Translations under genes and position numbers: made by a program
In this document: positions 28,880-37,608 of the stretch, in pieces
Numbering within the stretch: the first letter of the stretch is position 1
Layout of the letters: each line of letters opens with the position of its first letter
From: an uncultured bacterium
GTDB taxonomy: Bacteria; Verrucomicrobiota; Verrucomicrobiia; Verrucomicrobiales; V1-33
Direction of reading: 5' to 3'
Assembly (NCBI GenBank): GCA_903954065.1
Contig: CAJBME010000240.1
Coordinates: forward strand, 8,732 to 72,731
DNA length: 64,000 nucleotides
The notes under the pieces: model-generated
What the model was told of the DNA's origin: nothing
The model's input: the letters and a program-made list of their open reading frames with translations, nothing else
The model's database searches: none

Positions 28880-29923
28880 TCATCCCTCGTCGCGAATGGC
28901 CACCGGGCCATCGGCGACCACGCTCGGACCGTCGAGCAGGTGCTCATCAAAGAACTGGCGCAGCTTTAAATACAAGTCTTTGCTGGCAAAGACGTGCGGA
29001 GCATCCTGACCGGTCAACATGATGCTCGACACTCCGCTTTTCTCGAGCGCGGCATCGAACTCCCGAGCCTGACCATAGGGCACGAGTTCATCCTTAGTGC
29101 CATGAATATGCAGAAAGGGTGGGTCATTTTCGGTGATATACGTCACCGGGGAAGCCGCTTTGGCCAAATCAAGATGCTCGCTCATCGGCCCCCCGAAAAA
29201 CCGCGCCAGTGGCCCCATGGGATCGTCTTCATGGATGACGCTGCCCTGGCCAGGGAAACTGAGAAAATTGGCCGGGCCGCAGAAGTTGGCTACTCCAAGG
29301 ATGCCGGGCGCGCGCGGGAGCACAACACCGTCCGGCACGCCAACCCGACCTTCCAAGGCGTCTACGCCCTGACTGGTCCCCAACAAACTGACCAAATGGC
29401 CGCCCGCGGAAATTCCAAAAAGAACCATGCGCTTCGCATCACAACCATGGCTGGCCGCATGCTGCCCCAACCACCGCAAGGCCGCTTTACAGTCGTGAAT
29501 CTGAGCCGGCCAGATCGCCTCGTCCGTCAAACGATACCCCAGCGAGGCGCCCGCATACACACCATCCGCCAAAAGCGGGAAAATCACGCGGCCATCGCTC
29601 TTGCTCCCCCCTTGCCACGCCCCACCATGCACAAAAACAATCAAAGGACGCAGCCCATCCATCGGCTTCTCCGGTAAATACAAATCCAACATTTGTCGGA
29701 CATTGGCCGATCCTCCATAGTCCAGATTGCGAACCATCTTGAGACCCGGAGTCCCCTCTACCGGAGTCGCCGTCGCCGAGGAACCCGCGGCCTGAGGCGC
29801 CGCCGCCGAAGAGGCCGTCGCCTGAGGCGCCGCCGGAGCCGCCACGGCCAGCACCGCCGCCAGCCCCCCGCATAAGACCGCACGCCCGCAAAAATAAGTC
29901 GCCATGGCAGGTATCGTAACCAC
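28880..29923 (-). CDS. secreted alpha/beta-hydrolase (carboxylesterase-like)
   Basis: Signal-like N-terminus, oxyanion region VFVHGGAWQGGSK and nucleophile elbow GISAGGHL. Confidence 0.85.
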   Translation of the reverse strand: MVTIPAMATYFCGRAVLCGGLAAVLAVAAPAAPQATASSAAAPQAAGSSATATPVEGTPGLKMVRNLDYGGSANVRQMLDLYLPEKPMDGLRPLIVFVHGGAWQGGSKSDGRVIFPLLADGVYAGASLGYRLTDEAIWPAQIHDCKAALRWLGQHAASHGCDAKRMVLFGISAGGHLVSLLGTSQGVDALEGRVGVPDGVVLPRAPGILGVANFCGPANFLSFPGQGSVIHEDDPMGPLARFFGGPMSEHLDLAKAASPVTYITENDPPFLHIHGTKDELVPYGQAREFDAALEKSGVSSIMLTGQDAPHVFASKDLYLKLRQFFDEHLLDGPSVVADGPVAIRDEG

Positions 29924-30007
29924 CGAAACAAGTCCGGCAACCAGCGATCAGCAGCCGTCCGACCGCTGACCTTTTGTCACAGCGCAGAGCTCACCTCACC
30001 ATCACCG

Positions 30008-30670
30008 TCACCCTCCTGACGCGTTCCCGCGAGCGGTCCGGCTCTGGCGGGGCGGATGAGTGGCTCGGCATAGCTCGCACGTCGTCCCGTCGCATCCGCG
30101 AGCGGAGCAATATTCCCGCCCGTAGAAGATGATTTGCAGATGCAGCCGGTTCCAGAATTCGCGGGGAAACAGCTTTTTTAAATCTCGCTCGGTCTGGGCC
30201 ACATTTCTGGCTTCGCTCAGCCGCCATCGACGCGCCAGGCGGTGGATGTGGGTATCGACGGGAAAGGCGGGAACGCCAAAGGCTTGGGCCATGACTACCG
30301 AAGCCGTCTTGTGTCCGACTCCCGGCAGGGCCTCCAGCTCGGCGAATGTTTTGGGGACCTCCCCGCCGTGGCATTCGACTATTAGGCGCGACAATTCCTT
30401 GATAGCCTTTGCTTTCTGTGGACTAAGACCGCAGGGACGAATGATGGCTTGGATTGTTTCCACCGGCTGGACAGCCATGACTTCGGGGGTGTCTGCCAAC
30501 GCGAAGAGCGCGGGAGTCACCTGATTGACACGCTTGTCCGTGCACTGTGCGGAAAGCAGGACCGCAATCAGCAGTGTGAACGGGTCGCGATGGTCGAGCG
30601 GAATGGGAGTTTCCGGATACAGTTCCTGCAACCTCCGGGCTACGAGGTCCGCCCGTTGCTGTCGCGTCAT
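30008..30670 (-). CDS. nth: endonuclease III (DNA glycosylase/AP lyase)
   Basis: LIAVLLSAQCTDKRVN, HhH-GPD LPGVGHKTASVV, VDTHIHR and a C-terminal Fe-S Cys cluster CSARGCDGTTCELC. Confidence 0.93.
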   Translation of the reverse strand: MTRQQRADLVARRLQELYPETPIPLDHRDPFTLLIAVLLSAQCTDKRVNQVTPALFALADTPEVMAVQPVETIQAIIRPCGLSPQKAKAIKELSRLIVECHGGEVPKTFAELEALPGVGHKTASVVMAQAFGVPAFPVDTHIHRLARRWRLSEARNVAQTERDLKKLFPREFWNRLHLQIIFYGREYCSARGCDGTTCELCRATHPPRQSRTARGNASGG

Positions 30671-30719
30671 CCGGCGGAAAAGAAAGGGTCCCTCATGGGG
30701 GAGGAAGTGCCACGTGTCC

Positions 30720-31349
30720 TCAACGGCGGGGTGGGCGGGCCGTGGCCTTGGCCACGAGACGCTTGCGGGTGATACTGGTCAACATCGCGCGGACATGAGG
30801 ATGCGCGCTGCGCTGCGCCATGACTTCTCGACTCCTTGAATAACTGCCCCATTTGAGAATCTCGATTTCCACCGTACGCGCCCCCCAGGCCTTGATGCCC
30901 GCCTTGGTCGGCTGGTAAATGTCAATCGTACGCGTCCCAACCAGAGCGCTGCCGTAGTCATCAATCCGGTACGTGTACGGCTGCCCGGTAATGCGGAACA
31001 ACGTGCCCACCGGAAAAACTGACCAATCAGCTGCCGCGCTCCGCACATTGTCATAACGCAACTCCGTCCCAAAGGCCGTCTTGCGACCGTACTTCAAACT
31101 GTCGGCCTCCAAATGCGAATACGCCGTGGTCTTGACCACCGCAAACAAACTCCCGTTCTTCTTGAAAAACCCGGGATGCGGCGAAGTGCGCACCAAACAC
31201 GCCTTGTCCACCCCAGGCTTGGCCAGTGAAACCGGCGGATACGCCCGCGATCTAGCGCCCGCGGTAGCTTGGGAGCCCGTCGCACAGCTGCTCAAAGAAC
31301 AAACCATGCACATGCTGATAAATGCGGCCAAGCGGCTGAGTGAAATCAT
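30720..31349 (-). CDS. 3D-domain lipoprotein (MltA/RlpA-like fold)
   Basis: Start moved to MISLSRLAAFISMCMVCSLSSC (lipobox LSSC). 3D-domain pattern VAADWSVFPVGTLFRITG...YRIDDYGSALVGTRTIDIY. Confidence 0.8.
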   Translation of the reverse strand: MISLSRLAAFISMCMVCSLSSCATGSQATAGARSRAYPPVSLAKPGVDKACLVRTSPHPGFFKKNGSLFAVVKTTAYSHLEADSLKYGRKTAFGTELRYDNVRSAAADWSVFPVGTLFRITGQPYTYRIDDYGSALVGTRTIDIYQPTKAGIKAWGARTVEIEILKWGSYSRSREVMAQRSAHPHVRAMLTSITRKRLVAKATARPPRR

Positions 31350-31499
31350 CCGTGAATCAAATAGGGTGGTGGGAGAGGTGGAGTTTTTCACTCGTCCGTG
31401 CGCTTGGCCAGTAAAAAAACACCCTCGCACGCCCTAAGAACACCGCTTTTACGCGATTTTCCACAAATTAACGGGTTTTTTAGACGATCAGCGCCCTGC

Positions 31500-32561
31500 T
31501 CACCCGACGAGGGTGACGGAGCGCGCCGGCGCCATGGCCAAGCTGGAAGCACCGGAAAGCAGCGGCATCTCGGCGGCCGCCGCGGCCGGCGGGGTGGCGG
31601 TTCCATCACGCAGACACTGTTCGATCCAGCCGAAAAACGACTGAAATTCCGGATGGTCCCGGCGCATGTCACGGATCAATCGCCAATCCAGCGTGGCGGT
31701 GGGCCGGGCCACGGTGATCTTCTGGCGCGAAATCAAGCGGCCTTGCAGGCTTTCAAACGCGCGGTCCTCCATGCGAGCGATGGACGACGCGTCGGCGATA
31801 TCGTCTAACGCTTCGATTTGAATCCCCAGCGTACTCACACCCACTCCGTATTCCCCTCCGAGGCGGCGCAGGTCTTCAGCGAGTTGCTCGTCCGTGATGG
31901 CGGCCCCGATGACAAGCTCGCCAGCATGAGCCCAACGCGAGCCGCTCAGCGTCTGAAAAAACAGCTCGCGTACGGTATCATAACTCGCAGCCATGGAAAG
32001 GCGCACACTGCTGATGGCAAACGGCTGCACCCCCAAGCTTCGCTTGAGATCCAGCAAATCGCCGCTCAATCGCAAATCCGTATCGCCCGCCTCCTCCAAC
32101 TCCCAGTCAACCACCGCCACATCTGGATATTTCCAAAGCCCCTCCGGCGAGGCGCTCGGAGACAGGGCAAAAGGAAACCGCGCATCCGCCGCCGCCACCC
32201 GCAGATACAACGCCCGCATTTTTGCCATGCGACTGCGGGCTAGGTCCACCATCTCCCGCCCGCTGTGAAAAAGATCCATACCCGCCTGAGTGAAACCCGC
32301 GGCCGCCAGCGCCCGCGCTTCCTCCAGTGTCGTGACCCGCGTCGTCCGCAGATAATACCCCTGGCCCTGATCAACCTTGGCAATGGGCGATGACGGATCA
32401 GCGCACAAAATGGAGAAGTGATACCGCAACGTGGCATCACTGTATTCCTGCTTCAGCCGGTACTTCACCAGCCGAATCAGCTCGGTGCCCTTGATGGAGC
32501 TGGATGGATCACTGGGCAGGATCTCGGGAAGGATCTCCTTGAGCTGGTCTCGTAGGTTCAT
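31500..32561 (-). CDS. hypothetical protein with N-terminal winged-helix-like module
   Basis: ATG at 32561 (MNLRDQLKEILPEILP...). The first ~75 aa resemble Mrr_N/HARE-type wHTH modules (GTELIRLVKYRLKQEYSDATLRYHFSILCADPSSPIAKVDQGQGYYLR). The remaining ~280 aa were not recognised. Confidence 0.6.
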   Translation of the reverse strand: MNLRDQLKEILPEILPSDPSSSIKGTELIRLVKYRLKQEYSDATLRYHFSILCADPSSPIAKVDQGQGYYLRTTRVTTLEEARALAAAGFTQAGMDLFHSGREMVDLARSRMAKMRALYLRVAAADARFPFALSPSASPEGLWKYPDVAVVDWELEEAGDTDLRLSGDLLDLKRSLGVQPFAISSVRLSMAASYDTVRELFFQTLSGSRWAHAGELVIGAAITDEQLAEDLRRLGGEYGVGVSTLGIQIEALDDIADASSIARMEDRAFESLQGRLISRQKITVARPTATLDWRLIRDMRRDHPEFQSFFGWIEQCLRDGTATPPAAAAAEMPLLSGASSLAMAPARSVTLVG

Positions 32562-32663
32562 GCGGGGTGAGGGACACGCTCTAGGCGTCGTGTCCATACA
32601 AGAAGCGAGAGTGATCAGTAGCGGGAGATGCGTCAAGGTGAACCTGTCGTCAACGGGTGTGAT

Positions 32664-33233
32664 TTATGCATCACTTCCCGCCGCCCGACTTCCTGACTTC
32701 TTCGCGCGCTCCACACTGGCGGCCCGCAGCTTGGCCATCATGGCCCGGCGCAGCTTCGGCCATTCCTCGCGGGCGACAATGTATCCAGCACACTTGGGCA
32801 TGCCACATCGGCAGGGATGATCCTCCCATGTATCCACCGAGAATCCATAGTTGAACCCCAACTCCTCCCCTTTCTTGATCGCGCGCCGAGCCTCGATGAA
32901 CAAACGATTGTCGTAGTTCCAAGCATCACAGTTCGGCTCACACGAATGGTTGATCAAGCGGGCATCATTATCGGGCTGGTCCCCATCCAGATCCCACTCA
33001 TCGTCCAGCGTGAAAATATAAACCGCCGCCCCGCCATCATGCTGGGCTTTTTCCATCAAGGCCAGTCCCCGCCGCTCCGACTCCTCCTTCGAGATGCGCT
33101 CACCTAAATACTCCAAAATACGCTCGCCTTTGCGCAAATCCCGCGCCGCAAACACGCCCGTCCCATGGATATTCGAGCGACGGATTTCATACGCAGGACC
33201 AACAGCAGGTGAGTTGACATCATTTTGAGACAT
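32664..33233 (-). CDS. SET-domain protein-lysine N-methyltransferase
   Basis: Start moved to MSQNDVNSPAVGPAYEIRRSNIHGTGVFAA. Motifs: RLINHSCEPNC, GEELGFNYGF and post-SET CRCGMPKCAGY. Confidence 0.88.
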   Translation of the reverse strand: MSQNDVNSPAVGPAYEIRRSNIHGTGVFAARDLRKGERILEYLGERISKEESERRGLALMEKAQHDGGAAVYIFTLDDEWDLDGDQPDNDARLINHSCEPNCDAWNYDNRLFIEARRAIKKGEELGFNYGFSVDTWEDHPCRCGMPKCAGYIVAREEWPKLRRAMMAKLRAASVERAKKSGSRAAGSDA

Positions 33234-33291
33234 GACGGCCGTCCTGTAGCGCAATCCCTTGCAGTCGCAATACCATTTCCTAAACTCCTCC

Positions 33292-33720
33292 ATGCCCAAA
33301 ATCCATTTCGTGTTCCCAGACGGCGCCGAAGCCCGCTTCGCCCTCGAAGGCGATACGTTCACCATCGGCCGCGCCGAAGACAATGACATGGTCATCCAAG
33401 ACCCACGCGTCTCCGCCCATCACCTCATCCTCAAACGCTCCCAATCAGGAAATTTCATCATCAATGACCTCGGCGCCACCAACCCAACCAAAGTCAACGG
33501 CCGCGCCGCCACCCTCGCCGAATTAAGCGATGGCGATACCCTCCTGATCGGCGACACCTTCGCCCGCTACGAAGCCACCTCCCCCGCCGCCACCGCTCCC
33601 AATCGGCGCTCCCGCACCCCCAGCGACCCAGCCACCACCCAAGGAGGATGCTTCGCCCTCTTACTCGCCTCCGCCTCCCTTCTCGGCGTCCTCATCGGAA
33701 CCGCCAAAACCCTCTGGTAA
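33292..33720 (+). CDS. FHA-domain protein with C-terminal membrane anchor
   Basis: MPKIHFVFPDGAEARFALEGDTFTIGRAEDNDMVIQDPRVSAHHLILKR...INDLGATNPTKVNG (FHA G-R...S-x-x-H...N-G pattern). C-terminal hydrophobic helix CFALLLASASLLGVLIG. Confidence 0.85.
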   Translation: MPKIHFVFPDGAEARFALEGDTFTIGRAEDNDMVIQDPRVSAHHLILKRSQSGNFIINDLGATNPTKVNGRAATLAELSDGDTLLIGDTFARYEATSPAATAPNRRSRTPSDPATTQGGCFALLLASASLLGVLIGTAKTLW

Positions 33721-33765
33721 TTAAGCCGCACCGCAGATCTGCGGCCGCGAATGTGCGCCCGCTGC

Positions 33766-34899
33766 CTAGCCCAGCGCCCGGCGCCGACGTACCGCCGCAG
33801 CAAAACGATCGAGCACCCGCACGGTCGTCTCCCAGTCGATGCAAGCATCCGTAATGCTCTGGCCATAAGAAGGAGCCCGCCCCGGTATCACCGACTGGCT
33901 GCCCTCCACCAGATGGCTTTCCAGCATGACCCCCGCCACCGCCCGCGACCCACCCTCGATCTGCACCGCCAGATCCTCCGCCACCAACGGTTGATTGCGA
34001 TGGTCCTTGCCACTGTTGCCATGGCTGCAGTCAATCATCACATACGGCGGCAGCCCCGCCTTCTGCAACTCCGCCACCACCCCGGAAACATCCTCCGCCC
34101 GGTAGTTCGGACCCCGACTCGAACCCCGCAAAATCACATGGCAAGAATCATTGCCCCGAGTCTTCACAATCGCAGAAACACCTTCCTTGGTCACCGATAG
34201 AAAATGATGCGGATGCTGCGCCGCACGCAACGCGTCAATCGCCACCCCAATGCTGCCGCTCGTGGCATTCTTGAAACCCACCGGCATCGACAACCCAGAC
34301 GCCAGCTCGCGATGAATCTGACTCTCCGTCGTCCTCGCCCCAATCGCACCCCACCCGACCAAGTCCGCAATATATTGAGGAATAATCGTATCCAGAAATT
34401 CCGTGCCCGTCGGCAAACCCAGCCGGGAAATCTGCAACATCAGCTCGCGAGCCCATCGCAACCCCAAATTGATGTCATACGTGCTGTCCAAACGCGGGTC
34501 GTTAATCAACCCCTTCCACCCCACCGTCGTCCGCGGCTTCTCAAAATAAACCCGCATCACCACCAACAAATCAGCCGCAACCGTCGGCGCAAACGACGCC
34601 AGCCGCTCCGCATACTCCAAGGCCGCTTCCCGATCGTGAATCGAACACGGCCCCACCACCACCAATAAACGATCATCCTCCCCACGCATAATCGCCGCCG
34701 CCGAACGCCGACCCGCCGCCACCGACTCCTGCACCGCCGCCTCCGGCGATAGCTCGGCAATCAGCACCCCAGGGGCAATCAAAGGACGGATCTCATCAAT
34801 CCGCACGTCATCAGTTGTAATGCGAGTAGGCACAGGCAGAAAAGCCGCGCGGCGCGCGGTCGGAATCGCCAAGAGTGCGGGAAAAAATGCGTCTGACAA
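33766..34899 (-). CDS. aroG: 3-deoxy-7-phosphoheptulonate (DAHP) synthase, class I
   Basis: DDRLLVVVGPCSIHD, EKPRTTVGWKGLINDP, IDCSHGNS. The start is uncertain: TTG at 34899 or GTG at 34833. Confidence 0.92.
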   Translation of the reverse strand: MSDAFFPALLAIPTARRAAFLPVPTRITTDDVRIDEIRPLIAPGVLIAELSPEAAVQESVAAGRRSAAAIMRGEDDRLLVVVGPCSIHDREAALEYAERLASFAPTVAADLLVVMRVYFEKPRTTVGWKGLINDPRLDSTYDINLGLRWARELMLQISRLGLPTGTEFLDTIIPQYIADLVGWGAIGARTTESQIHRELASGLSMPVGFKNATSGSIGVAIDALRAAQHPHHFLSVTKEGVSAIVKTRGNDSCHVILRGSSRGPNYRAEDVSGVVAELQKAGLPPYVMIDCSHGNSGKDHRNQPLVAEDLAVQIEGGSRAVAGVMLESHLVEGSQSVIPGRAPSYGQSITDACIDWETTVRVLDRFAAAVRRRRALG

Positions 34900-35002
34900 G
34901 CCCTAAGCCACCCTCTTTGCCCTTCAACCCCCAGAAACCCCCGCCCACTCGACCCCATAGACCCCAGTTTTGAAGAATTTTATGGAAATTATAAATAAGA
35001 TG

Positions 35003-35030
35003 TTGACAATCGTGATGTAGTTGTTATATT
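35003..35030 (+). promoter_or_regulatory. sigma70-like promoter for the pilin genes (TTGACA-16 nt-TATATT)
   Basis: TTGACA at 35003-35008 and TATATT at 35025-35030, inside the most AT-rich stretch I noticed in the window (about 34970-35100), roughly 70 nt upstream of the pilin ATG at 35102. Confidence 0.6.
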
Positions 35031-35101
35031 CACCATGTTTACTATACTTAGTCGTTTCGTTTATTCATTCATTCAATCAACCCGTTCACGTATTCTATCA
35101 C

Positions 35102-35479
35102 ATGAAAGTCCAAATCCAGAAAGCGAAGGCAGCCGGCTTCTCCCTTGTTGAATTGCTCGTCGTTATTGCTGTCATCGGCATCATGGCCGCCATCGCTATT
35201 CCGATGATTTCCAATATCAACGAGAAAGCGAAAACCGCGAAGAACAAGCGGAACGCCCAGAACATTGCCTCAGTGTACGGGGCCGCCACGGCGGCTGGGG
35301 CCACGATTACGGCCACCACGGCCGCGGCGGTGGTGACGGCGCTCTCGACAGGTGTGAATGGCGCGGACCAGTTTGCCGATACGAAGTTTCAGGTCAGCAT
35401 CTCCACCGCGGAAGACAAAACGGCAGCGGCGGCTCTGCTCAACGATCCGGTCGGCGGTGTCTTGACGACAAAATTCTAA
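35102..35479 (+). CDS. prepilin-type (type IV pilin-like) major subunit, copy 1
   Basis: MKVQIQKAKAAG|FSLVELLVVIAVIGIMAAIAIP shows the class III signal (G-1, F+1, E+5). 125 aa, Ala/Thr-rich, no Cys. The track ORF begins upstream at 35021. Confidence 0.88.
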   Translation: MKVQIQKAKAAGFSLVELLVVIAVIGIMAAIAIPMISNINEKAKTAKNKRNAQNIASVYGAATAAGATITATTAAAVVTALSTGVNGADQFADTKFQVSISTAEDKTAAAALLNDPVGGVLTTKF

Positions 35480-35492
35480 GGCCGGACTAACC

Positions 35493-35530
35493 ACGGGGTC
35501 CTGTCTTCAGGAGGGCCGGACCTCGTTTTG
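35493..35530 (+). terminator. hairpin plus T-run after pilin copy 1
   Basis: acggggtcc (35493-35501) pairs with ggacctcgt (35517-35525), including one G-U pair, and is followed by tttg. Confidence 0.55.
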
Positions 35531-35566
35531 TAAGATAACGGCCACCAGCCGGTCAAATTCTATCAC

Positions 35567-35944
35567 ATGAAAGTCCAAATCCAGAAAGCGAAGACCGCCG
35601 GCTTCTCCCTTGTTGAATTGCTCGTCGTTATTGCCGTCATTGGCATCATGGCCGCCATCGCTATTCCGATGATTTCCAATATCAACGAGAAAGCGAAGAC
35701 CGCGAGGAACAAGCGGAACGCCCAGAACATTGCCTCAGTGTACGGGGCCGCCACGGCGGCTGGGGCCACGATTACAGCCACCACGGCCGCGGCGGTGGTG
35801 ACAGCGCTCTCGACAGGCGTGAATGGCGCCGACCAGTTTGCCGATACGAAGTTCCAGGTCAACATCACCACCGCGGAAGGCAAGACGGCGGCGGCGGCTC
35901 TGCTCAACGATCCGGTCGGCGGTGTCTTGACGACAAAATTCTAA
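35567..35944 (+). CDS. prepilin-type (type IV pilin-like) major subunit, copy 2
   Basis: 125 aa. Differs from copy 1 at 5 residues (A10T, K47R, S98N, S100T, D103G) and has the same class III signal. Confidence 0.88.
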   Translation: MKVQIQKAKTAGFSLVELLVVIAVIGIMAAIAIPMISNINEKAKTARNKRNAQNIASVYGAATAAGATITATTAAAVVTALSTGVNGADQFADTKFQVNITTAEGKTAAAALLNDPVGGVLTTKF

Positions 35945-35957
35945 GGCCGGACTAGCC

Positions 35958-35995
35958 ACGAGGTCCTGTCTTCAGGAGGGCCGGACCTCGTTTCG
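35958..35995 (+). terminator. hairpin plus short T-run after pilin copy 2
   Basis: acgaggtcc (35958-35966) is perfectly complementary to ggacctcgt (35983-35991) and is followed by ttcg. Confidence 0.5.
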
Positions 35996-36107
35996 CAAGT
36001 TAACACCCTCCGGCCGGTCGATTCCCCTCGCCTCTCTGAAAGCGTTCTCCCGCGGATGTTGAGACTGGCCCTGGTTCATAGGTTTAATCACGCAGCAGCT
36101 TGATGAG

Positions 36108-36137
36108 GGGGGAGATGGCTCATGAGTCATTTCCCCC
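36108..36137. promoter_or_regulatory. 30-bp near-perfect palindrome upstream of the minor-pilin genes
   Basis: gggggagatggctcatgagtcatttccccc. The arms are complementary except for two G-T positions, and the centre is ctcatgag. It lies about 95 nt upstream of the proposed GTG at 36232. Confidence 0.35.
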
Positions 36138-36231
36138 TTCCTTATTGTGCCCTTTCTTATTTTTTCCTTTTGATCCCTCATCCGTGAAGTATTCCGTGGA
36201 TTACCCCCAGACATTTTTTCGCACTCATTGG

Positions 36232-36669
36232 GTGACGCGCAGGCGTGTTGCCGGCACCAGCCGGGGGTTCACACTCATTGAGATGCTGATTGTGGTCGCC
36301 GTTATCGGCATTCTGGCCGCCATTGTCATCAGTCAGATTGCCAATGCGACCTATGAGGCGCGCCGCATTATGGCCCGGCAGCAACAAGTCGTAGTGCAGT
36401 CAGCGGTCAGCAGTTGGATTATTCAAAGCACGACGAGGCAGGCACTGACCACCGTTCAAGGCACCTACAATGCGGCGGCCGACAGCCGAAGCCGGCTGGC
36501 CATGATCAGCCATTATTTAGACCCGGAAACGTACGCGCATCTGGCGGCCCAAACCGTCGACGCCAACAAAATTCAAAGTGACGCCATGAAGCGAACCGGC
36601 AAATGGATTGAACTACCGGCGTGGGCGCCAGGCAGTTATCCACGAGTCAACCTGCTGCCGGTGAACTGA
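36232..36669 (+). CDS. prepilin-type N-terminal cleavage/methylation domain protein (minor pilin 1)
   Basis: RG|FTLIEMLIVVAVIGILAAIVISQI. The start is uncertain: an in-frame GTG at 36232 gives a 12-aa leader, whereas the track ORF starts at TTG 36100. Confidence 0.8.
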   Translation: MTRRRVAGTSRGFTLIEMLIVVAVIGILAAIVISQIANATYEARRIMARQQQVVVQSAVSSWIIQSTTRQALTTVQGTYNAAADSRSRLAMISHYLDPETYAHLAAQTVDANKIQSDAMKRTGKWIELPAWAPGSYPRVNLLPVN

Positions 36670-36679
36670 CTGTGCGACC

Positions 36680-37120
36680 ATGATTTCTCTTTTGACCATG
36701 CCTCGATCCCCGGCTGTTCACCGACGGGGATTTTCATTGATTGAAGCCCTCGCCACGGTGGCGATCATTGGGGTCATCACTTTTCTAGCCCTGCCGAACA
36801 TCGTCAACCTGCGGCGGGATGCGGAGCGCAACATGGCAGTAGCGCGCGCCGAAGCCTTCAATCTCGGGGTAGCGGCCTACGTGCAATCGCTCGGACTGAC
36901 GGCGGCCGCCGCCGACTGGGCGCCCTTAAATGCCGACACCCGCTACGGCCGCATCAGGCCTTTCCTCGCGTTTGCTCCCGCCTCGCTCAGCGAATACCTC
37001 TCCAGTCCCTACTCGCTGGGAGTCGCCAATTACCCGATCTCAAGCACAGGCACAGCCACCTTCGGAAAAATCCCGCTGTACGACTCCACCACCGGAACGG
37101 CCGTGCCGCTTTCTTATTAG
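36680..37120 (+). CDS. prepilin-type N-terminal cleavage/methylation domain protein (minor pilin 2)
   Basis: MISLLTMPRSPAVHRRG|FSLIEALATVAIIGVITFLALP. It starts 11 nt after the previous stop. Confidence 0.8.
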   Translation: MISLLTMPRSPAVHRRGFSLIEALATVAIIGVITFLALPNIVNLRRDAERNMAVARAEAFNLGVAAYVQSLGLTAAAADWAPLNADTRYGRIRPFLAFAPASLSEYLSSPYSLGVANYPISSTGTATFGKIPLYDSTTGTAVPLSY

Positions 37121-37160
37121 TCACACTCTCCCCACCCCCCACCGCCCACCCCCCAACCCC

Positions 37161-37592
37161 ATGACTGTGTCTCCCAAAAAACCCTCTCGTGACGCGGGTC
37201 TCAGTCTGCCCGAACTGCTGACTTGCGTAGCCGTCATCGGCCTACTGTCCGCCATGGCCCTGCCTCACCTCACCCACACCGGCCGCGCCGCCACCGCCGA
37301 AGTCGCCCAACAGAAAGCGTCCTGTATCAATCGCGCGCTGGGCGGATACCGGCAATGCGCTGTCGAGATTACCATCGCCGCTGACGGCCAGTCGAGCCGG
37401 GATGAAACCGCTGTCATGGCCTTGTTGACGACCCGCGATGACGGCGTCGTCGGCAGCCCGCTGCTGACCGGAGTTTGGCCCGCCGCCTCGACTAACAATC
37501 CGTTGACTTACAGAGTAGAGTGGAACGGCCATTCATTCGTCGTTCTCGACCCCGGCACCCCGGGGCTCGGTCTGCTCATTCCGGACCTTTAA
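37161..37592 (+). CDS. degenerate prepilin-like protein (minor pilin 3)
   Basis: Start moved to ATG 37161 (MTVSPKKPSRDAG|LSLPELLTCVAVIGLLSAMALP). G-1 and E+5 are retained and F+1 is replaced by L. Confidence 0.65.
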   Translation: MTVSPKKPSRDAGLSLPELLTCVAVIGLLSAMALPHLTHTGRAATAEVAQQKASCINRALGGYRQCAVEITIAADGQSSRDETAVMALLTTRDDGVVGSPLLTGVWPAASTNNPLTYRVEWNGHSFVVLDPGTPGLGLLIPDL

Positions 37593-37608
37593 ATCATTTT
37601 TTCGCCTC

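Larger units (their letters stand above)
35092..36005 (+). repeat. tandem duplication (period 465 bp) of pilin gene plus terminator
   Basis: Homology starts at attctatcacatgaaagtcc (35092 and 35557) and runs through the hairpins to about 35540 and 36005. The two coding regions differ at only 5 codons. Confidence 0.9.

Noticed and set aside
33731-33744. 14-nt perfect palindrome ccgcagatctgcgg between the convergent FHA and DAHP-synthase genes as a bidirectional terminator
   Set aside because: The stem is at most 5 bp with a 4-nt loop and has no flanking T or A runs, so it is too weak to report as a feature.
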